From positions 1-29,943 of the forward strand of contig DASZCV010000174.1 in the NCBI GenBank assembly GCA_035942755.1: a DNA stretch of 29,943 nucleotides, read 5' to 3'. Origin of the DNA: Thermoleophilaceae bacterium. Its GTDB lineage: Bacteria; Actinomycetota; Thermoleophilia; Solirubrobacterales; Thermoleophilaceae. This document shows, in pieces, positions 24,737 through 29,943 of this stretch; the first letter of the stretch is position 1; every line of letters begins with the position of its first letter. The position numbers and the translations under genes are program-made. The notes beneath the pieces are model-generated. The model was not told where the DNA came from. It did no database searches and saw nothing but the letters and a program-made list of their open reading frames with translations.

Positions 24737-26023
24737 ATGTCCGATCTGCCACGCCGCCACTCTTTTGCCGAGGACGTCGTTCTCGACGCCAGGACCGGGC
24801 CCAGGCGGCGCGACAGCGATTGGGGCGGCCATCCGCGCACCCAGGAGGAGGACCTGGCCTGGGCGGCGAAACGGGCGGCCATAAGCATGGCAACAGCGGC
24901 GCTCCACGCGCGCGACGGTGACACCGGCGATCACTCGGACGACGTGGTGCACCTCTGTGACGCCATCGCCGACGAGCTCGGCATCCACGGGCACGACCGC
25001 GCCGAGCTGCTGGCCGCGGCGCAGCTTCACGACGTTGGAAAGGTCGCGATTCCCCGCGAGGTGCTCGAGAAGCCCGGCCCGCTCGATGACCGCGAATGGG
25101 CGCAGATCCGAGAGCACACGATCACCGGACAGCAGATCGTGCAGTCGGTGCCGGAGCTTGACGAGGTCGCCCGGGTGGTGCGCCACAGCCACGAGCGGTG
25201 GGACGGGGGCGGCTACCCCGACGGGCTGGCGGGCGAGAGCATTCCCCTGGCGAGCCGCATCGTCTTCTGCGCCGATGCCTTTCATGCCATTCGATCGGAC
25301 CGTTCGTACCGCCGGGGGCGCGCCGCGGAGGCCGCACTGGAGGAAGTGACGCGCAGCGCCGGCACCCAGTTCGACCCCGATGTGGCAGAGGCACTCGTGA
25401 AGTGCGCCGGGCGGATGCGCCAGGGCGCCCGAAGCCCCGCCACCGGCCGCGGAAGCACGCTGCGCTCCCGCCGGCTGCTGTCGCTTCTTCTGACGCTCGC
25501 CATCGGCGGCAGCGCCCTCGCGGCCGGTGGGTCCCAAGTCCTCCGCGAGCAGGGGGACCCAGGGACCAAGAAGACAGCGCAGCCGTCCTCCCCAGCCCCC
25601 GCCGAGCACGGTGCCACGAGGACGGCGGGGTCAGCCGCCATCGGCAGGCGGCCGGCGCCCCGCAAGGCGGCAGAGAGGCCCCGAGCGGCGAGTGACACCC
25701 GCACGCCAGGGGCGCCCGCGCGGTCGTCGAAGTCGCCGGCCTCCGGGCGCCAGGGAGCGAGCGTCCCGCAGGCTGCCGCCCCCGGAGGTGTGCCGCTGGC
25801 CGCCACGCGGCGTGGCGCCCGACGCCCCGCAAGCCCCGGGCGCTCGGAGGAGGCCCCGCGCCGGCCGGCTCAGCCGGGCAGACCCGTCGGCGGCGCACCT
25901 GGCCGTTCCGAGGAGGCGCCGGGCAGGCCGAGTCAGCCGGTCAAGCTGCCGGCAGCTTCCCAGCCCGGGCTCGGGAAGAAGGCCCCGGCGGCGCTGCCTC
26001 GCGGCGTGGCGAAGCCCCGCTGA
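24737..26023 (+). CDS. HD-GYP domain phosphohydrolase with a TM helix and a Pro/Ala-rich tail
   Basis: HSDDV, LHDVGK, HTITG, HSHERWDGGGYP, ADAFHA, YRRG and QFDP motifs; TM LLSLLLTLAIGGSALAAG. Start is ATG 24737 or GTG 24716. Confidence 0.9.
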   Translation: MSDLPRRHSFAEDVVLDARTGPRRRDSDWGGHPRTQEEDLAWAAKRAAISMATAALHARDGDTGDHSDDVVHLCDAIADELGIHGHDRAELLAAAQLHDVGKVAIPREVLEKPGPLDDREWAQIREHTITGQQIVQSVPELDEVARVVRHSHERWDGGGYPDGLAGESIPLASRIVFCADAFHAIRSDRSYRRGRAAEAALEEVTRSAGTQFDPDVAEALVKCAGRMRQGARSPATGRGSTLRSRRLLSLLLTLAIGGSALAAGGSQVLREQGDPGTKKTAQPSSPAPAEHGATRTAGSAAIGRRPAPRKAAERPRAASDTRTPGAPARSSKSPASGRQGASVPQAAAPGGVPLAATRRGARRPASPGRSEEAPRRPAQPGRPVGGAPGRSEEAPGRPSQPVKLPAASQPGLGKKAPAALPRGVAKPR

Positions 26024-26065
26024 ACCCACGCCGGTCCTCCGCTTCGCCGAGGCCCGGGTGCGGGC

Positions 26066-26269
26066 TCAGTCGGCCGGCGGACCGTCTTGTTCCGCGGTGC
26101 GCGGTTCCGCGGTGCGCGCGGTGACGGCCTTGATCACGCCGTCACCGAAGGCAAGTCGCAGAACCGGATCCTCGACCATGCCACGAGCCCACTGGACGGC
26201 CTTCTCGGGATCGGAGAGCTCCTCGATCTCGACCACGCGAAACAGCGCGTAGAACACGGCCTCTGCCAC
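26066..26269 (-). CDS. Small hypothetical protein (67 aa)
   Basis: GAGGGAG RBS before the GTG and high GC3 codon pattern. Contains a 15-bp tandem duplication (26090-26118) encoding TAEPR-TAEQ. Confidence 0.6.
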   Translation of the reverse strand: MAEAVFYALFRVVEIEELSDPEKAVQWARGMVEDPVLRLAFGDGVIKAVTARTAEPRTAEQDGPPAD

Positions 26270-26334
26270 GAGCTCTCGCTCCCTCTCGATTCCAGGGGTG
26301 CTGGCGATGGGTCGAGCTTACCTGGGCGCGGGCG

Positions 26335-27222
26335 CTAGTCCACCTTCGCCGGGCGGTTCAGCGTGCCCGACTCCGGCACGCCCTCCCCCAGCTCCTTCTG
26401 CCGTTCGATCTCGGCGTTGAGCTCGGCGCCCAGGAGGAGGGCCACGTTGGTGAGCCACATCCACGCCAGGAGCACGATCGCGCTCGCGAAGGTGCCATAG
26501 AACGCACCGACGTCAGCCACCCTCGATATGTAGACCGACAATCCGAGCGATGCCAGCAGCCACAGCGCCACGCCCACCACCGCCCCGGGGGTGACCCACC
26601 GAAACGACCGCTGCTTCACGTCCGGCGTCACGAAGTAGACGAACGCGAAGACCAGCATCGCCACCAGGATCGCCGCCGGCCAGCGAACGATGCCCCAGAT
26701 CTGCGCCGCGGTCGAGTCAAGCCCGATGAAGCCGAACAGGTCGTCGGCGAACTGGCCGCCGACGAACACGAGCACGACACTCGGCAGGACGAGCGCGAAC
26801 AGCACGACCGACGACAGGACGTCCACCGTCTTGCGGCGCACGAAGCTGCGACCACCGTCCACCTCGAAGACCACGTTCAGGGCACGGCGGGCCGCCTCGA
26901 GCACACCGGTGCTGCCGTAGAGCGCGGCAGGCACGCCGAGAGCCAACGCGCCCGTGGCGCCACCCTTGCTCTGCAGCGCTTTGCGAAGCGACGTGTCGAG
27001 CGGCTCGACCACGGTGCTGGGGGCCACCTTCCGCAGATACGCGATGATGGCGTCGTAGGTGGCGGGGTACTCGCCCAGCAGCACGAGCAGCGAGAGCGCC
27101 ACCAGAAGGGTCGGGAAGAGCGCCATCAGCGCGTAATAGGTGAGCGCCGCCGCGTGATGGGTCATCTGGTCGTCGTAGAAGGAGACCAGCGTTCGCTTGA
27201 TCACCGCTGCGCTGTTACGCAT
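26335..27222 (-). CDS. YihY/virulence factor BrkB-family membrane protein
   Basis: AAALTYYALMALFP, ALNVVFEV, RWP, FRWVTPGA and YGTFASAIVLLAWMWL..GAELNAE motifs. TAGGCT lies 8 nt before the ATG. Confidence 0.95.
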   Translation of the reverse strand: MRNSAAVIKRTLVSFYDDQMTHHAAALTYYALMALFPTLLVALSLLVLLGEYPATYDAIIAYLRKVAPSTVVEPLDTSLRKALQSKGGATGALALGVPAALYGSTGVLEAARRALNVVFEVDGGRSFVRRKTVDVLSSVVLFALVLPSVVLVFVGGQFADDLFGFIGLDSTAAQIWGIVRWPAAILVAMLVFAFVYFVTPDVKQRSFRWVTPGAVVGVALWLLASLGLSVYISRVADVGAFYGTFASAIVLLAWMWLTNVALLLGAELNAEIERQKELGEGVPESGTLNRPAKVD

Positions 27223-27310
27223 CAGGGAGAAGCCTATGGTGGCCGGCGTCGATGGCCAATTCGTCCAGCCGGGAGCCGGTTACGAGCGAGGGCCGACAAT
27301 TCGGTGGTAT

Positions 27311-27538
27311 ATGAGTGTGGTGGCGCTGATAGCAGAGCTCCGCTGCAGATCCTGCGGGCATGAGAGCAGCGCCCTCGTGGCCCGGCTCTTCCCTCTGCAG
27401 CGCCACCCGTGCTCGGAATGCGGAGGGCTCAAGGCAGTCGTCGCACTGATCAGGGACCGCCGCGCGCGCGACATTCCGGTGGCGGATGACCGCCGCGCCG
27501 GGGGTGGCCCGGCCCGACGGCTCGACGAGAGCGCCTGA
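27311..27538 (+). CDS. Zinc-ribbon microprotein (75 aa) with a DRR...DDRR tail
   Basis: From ATG 27311: LRCRSCGH...PCSECGG...IRDRRARDIPVADDRRAGG. Confidence 0.65.
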   Translation: MSVVALIAELRCRSCGHESSALVARLFPLQRHPCSECGGLKAVVALIRDRRARDIPVADDRRAGGGPARRLDESA

Positions 27539-27564
27539 CCGCGCCTCCGGCCGAGTCGCCTGTC

Positions 27565-27735
27565 TCAGCCGACGCGGATGTCGATCCCGAACAGGAGCAG
27601 CGGCCAGAGCATGACGGCGAGGATCGCCGACAAGAGGCGCCCGATCGTGTTCAGGTGATCGAAGTAGTTGTCCGCCGCTGCAACGAGCACGCCGATCACT
27701 ACATAGATGACACCGCCGATACCCGATCCACGCAT
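27565..27735 (-). CDS. 56-aa two-TM membrane microprotein not in the ORF track
   Basis: Manual translation: MRGSGIGGVIYVVIGVLVAAADNYFDHLNTIGRLLSAILAVMLWPLLLFGIDIRVG*. High GC3; GGGTAC lies 9 nt upstream. Confidence 0.8.
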   Translation of the reverse strand: MRGSGIGGVIYVVIGVLVAAADNYFDHLNTIGRLLSAILAVMLWPLLLFGIDIRVG

Positions 27736-27823
27736 GCCATCCAGGTACCCACACGTCCGATGTCCGTATCACCAGTGGCCAGACGTTCGACCGGCCGGCC
27801 CCGGCACGGTGCAGGCCCTTGGA

Positions 27824-27852
27824 TTGACCGGTCGCACAACCGCTGGCACACT
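27824..27852 (+). promoter_or_regulatory. Sigma70-type promoter TTGACC-N17-(TG)nCACACT
   Basis: TTGACC at 27824-27829, 17-nt spacer, CACACT at 27847-27852, TG at 27844-27845. Confidence 0.55.
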
Positions 27853-27909
27853 GGAGCCATCCTCGGCTGTGGAGAGAGGCTCGCCTGCACCGCGGTCTGC
27901 ATCCTGGGG

Positions 27910-28500
27910 ATGGCTGTCGCCGCCGGCGTCCCGGCGGCTGCGACCGCCAAGCCGCGGCAGTCCTGCATCCGCGCCCACTCAAAGACGGTTGCCCAGAATG
28001 GATTCGCGCGCGTGTACCGGGTGCGGACCGGCGAGGGCACCAACCTGTATGCATGTCGTCGCTCCACGGGCAGGCGCGTTCTACTTCACGCGGCATTCGA
28101 CGACGACTACGTCTCGAGCAGCTCCTATCGCAACGTACGGCTGGCGGGTGTGTTCGTGGCGTGGGCCCACACCTCGACCGACGTGAGCTGCAAGGCGCAG
28201 TGTCCGCCGGGCTACAACCCCACGACCTCCGCCATCAGCGTCTACGACCTCCGCCGCCACCGGGTCAGAACCATGCCCGGAGCTGTGCCGCTGGGACGCG
28301 CGCTCATGCTGAGTCGGCTCGGGGGCGTGGCCTGGGCGAGCGCCGGCAGCGCCGGCTCCGTTGAGATCCACGGCTCCGTCCGGCCCGGCGATGATCGTGT
28401 GATCGACAGCGGCAACATCGATCCCAGCTCCCTGACCATCGAGGTCACGATCATCGCCTGGCGGCGTGACGGGGTCGAGCGGTTCCCGCGCCTTCGCTGA
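27910..28500 (+). CDS. Secreted Cys-containing hypothetical protein (start uncertain)
   Basis: AVAAGVPAAATA-KPRQSC..., NLYACRRSTGRR, VRLAGVFVAW, CKAQCP. The track start at 27655 overlaps the 27565-27735 gene and the promoter. Confidence 0.7.
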   Translation: MAVAAGVPAAATAKPRQSCIRAHSKTVAQNGFARVYRVRTGEGTNLYACRRSTGRRVLLHAAFDDDYVSSSSYRNVRLAGVFVAWAHTSTDVSCKAQCPPGYNPTTSAISVYDLRRHRVRTMPGAVPLGRALMLSRLGGVAWASAGSAGSVEIHGSVRPGDDRVIDSGNIDPSSLTIEVTIIAWRRDGVERFPRLR

Positions 28501-28504
28501 GGCT

Positions 28505-28528
28505 CGGGGAGCCCAGGTGGGCTCCCCG
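28505..28528. terminator. Hairpin terminator between convergent genes
   Basis: CGGGGAGCCC-aggt-GGGCTCCCCG, a perfect 10-bp stem. Confidence 0.7.
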
Positions 28529-28535
28529 GGTTCGG

Positions 28536-29093
28536 CTACGCCGGCGCCCCGGCGTGGGCCGCAACCTCGATCGTAGCCCGCATGAACTCCGGCAGGTCAT
28601 CGGGCTTGCGCGAGGACACGAGGTTGCCGTCGACGACCACCTCCGAGTCCTCCCACTCCGCGCCGGCGTTCCGGACGTCGTCCTCGATCGACGGGTTTCC
28701 GGTCATGCGCCGACCCTCCACGATCCCGGCTGAGATCGGCACCCAGCCCCCGTGGCAGATGAACGCGATGGGCTTGCCCTGCCCGTGAACGTCCCGCACG
28801 AGCTGGAGTAGGCCGTCGTCCAGCCGCAGCTTGTCCGGCCCGTAGCCGCCTGCGATCACCAGCACGTCGAGGTCGTCCACCGACAGGTCGCCCGCAGCCG
28901 CCTCGGTCTCGATCTCATCGCCGCGCTTGCCCGGAAGCGTCTTGCCGGCCTCGGCGCCCACCACCTGCACCTGTGCACCCGCCTCTCGCAGTCGGTAGAG
29001 CGGATACAGCGCTTCGATCTCCTCGTAGAGCGGGCCGACCGCTACCGCGGCGCGCTTGCCCTCGAGCGGCTGATCATGTTCGTGATGAGTCAT
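28536..29093 (-). CDS. PfpI/DJ-1 family (type 1 glutamine amidotransferase-like) protein
   Basis: YEEIEALYPLYRL, IAGGYGPDKLR, ICHG nucleophile and LVSSRKPDDLP motifs. GAGGAG RBS before ATG 29093. Confidence 0.93.
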   Translation of the reverse strand: MTHHEHDQPLEGKRAAVAVGPLYEEIEALYPLYRLREAGAQVQVVGAEAGKTLPGKRGDEIETEAAAGDLSVDDLDVLVIAGGYGPDKLRLDDGLLQLVRDVHGQGKPIAFICHGGWVPISAGIVEGRRMTGNPSIEDDVRNAGAEWEDSEVVVDGNLVSSRKPDDLPEFMRATIEVAAHAGAPA

Positions 29094-29127
29094 CTGTGCT
29101 CCTCTCGGATCGGTTTGCATCGTGATG

Positions 29128-29154
29128 ATTCCCAGTCCGGGCCACGGCGGAACC
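29128..29154 (-). promoter_or_regulatory. SigB/SigF-type stress promoter candidate for the PfpI gene
   Basis: Minus strand GGTTC-N16-GGGAAT; each half has one mismatch to GGWWT-N16/17-GGGTAY. Confidence 0.4.
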
Positions 29155-29192
29155 TGCCGGAGCTTGTCGAGCCGGGTGCGGTGACGAGCGCC

Positions 29193-29943
29193 ATGCCTCC
29201 GAGGAGGTGGCGCGGCGGTCGTAACCCCGGCCTGGCGCGAGCCGCCAGTTTCAAACCGACCGGCCGGGAAAGCAATTGCGCCATCCCTCGCCATGCACTC
29301 GCCATAGGAGTCGCAGCTGGCGCCCTGCTCGCCGGAGCATCCGCTTCCCTGTCCTGTGGCGGAGAGTCACCCGGAACCTCACCGAGAGCACAGGGCTCAG
29401 CCGTGGCGCCGGCCCGGCAGGTCGCACTGGCGTTCGAGGAGCCGAACGGGCGAAGGTCCCACTACCTCCTGTATCTGCCGCGCGAATATGCGGCCGGCGG
29501 GCGCCGGTGGCCGCTGTTGCTCTACCTCCACGGGGCGGACGTTCTCGGCAGCGGTCGACGGGCCCTGCAGAGGGTGCGCCGCCAGGGCATTCCGAAGGCC
29601 GTCCTCCGCCACCCGGACTTTCCGTTCATCGCCGTATCGCCCCAGACCGCCTCGCGGTGGGCGCCGGCCCGGCTCAGATCGCTGCTCGATCACATCCAGC
29701 GGCGCCACCGGGTGGACCGCAGGCGCATCTATGCCACCGGATTCTCCCTCGGCGGCTACGGCGTCTGGGAGCTCGCGAGCGCCTACCCCCGGCGCTTTGC
29801 GGCCGTCGCGCCGATAGCCGGTGGCCCCGGCGACCGACGACCAGGGTGTCCACTGAAGACGGTCCCTTTGTGGGCCTTCCACGGAACAGCCGAAGACGTG
29901 GTTCCCGCCAGCTAATCGAATGCCATGGTGCGCGGGGTGAGGC
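29193..29943 (+). pseudogene. Alpha/beta hydrolase (predicted peptidase/carboxylesterase) interrupted by an in-frame TAA at 29913-29915
   Basis: YLLYLP, PLLLYLHG, SPQ, RIYATGFSLGG (GxSxG) and WAFHGTAEDVVP motifs. The frame continues after the TAA as SNAMVRGVR to the window edge. Start uncertain. Confidence 0.7.

Noticed and set aside
29279-29307. CGCCAT x3 and the mini-ORF ATG-CAC-TCG-CCA-TAG near the hydrolase start
   Set aside because: Too short to separate from chance in GC-rich DNA; noted only as start-site uncertainty.

Overview
High-GC (about 70% by eye) actinobacterial window. Gene order and protein style suggest Thermoleophilia/Solirubrobacterales (inference, no search run). Bases 1-22.2 kb are mostly the conserved housekeeping block, nearly all on the minus strand: ROK kinase, rsmI, M23 peptidase, metG, tatD, rsmA, ispE, DedA-PAP2 fusion, PucR regulator, tRNA-Gln(UUG), glmU, prs, rplY, pth, mfd and a prsA-like foldase. 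An ABC1 kinase, an LCP protein and a small membrane protein lie on the plus strand. Bases 22.2-29.9 kb are accessory: a STAND/NLR-like NTPase with a TM helix and an Ig-like domain, a membrane-anchored HD-GYP protein, YihY, a Zn-ribbon microprotein, small membrane and secreted proteins, a PfpI-family protein and a nonsense-interrupted alpha/beta hydrolase. The most notable non-coding features are (i) a 169-bp TA/CTAG-flanked rod-like palindrome with perfect 16-bp terminal inverted repeats in the divergent promoter region of the NLR-like gene, and (ii) a 6S-RNA-like structure between two convergent genes at about 17.6-17.8 kb. Most long ORFs in the track are antisense or off-frame shadows. All folds and motif calls were made by eye.
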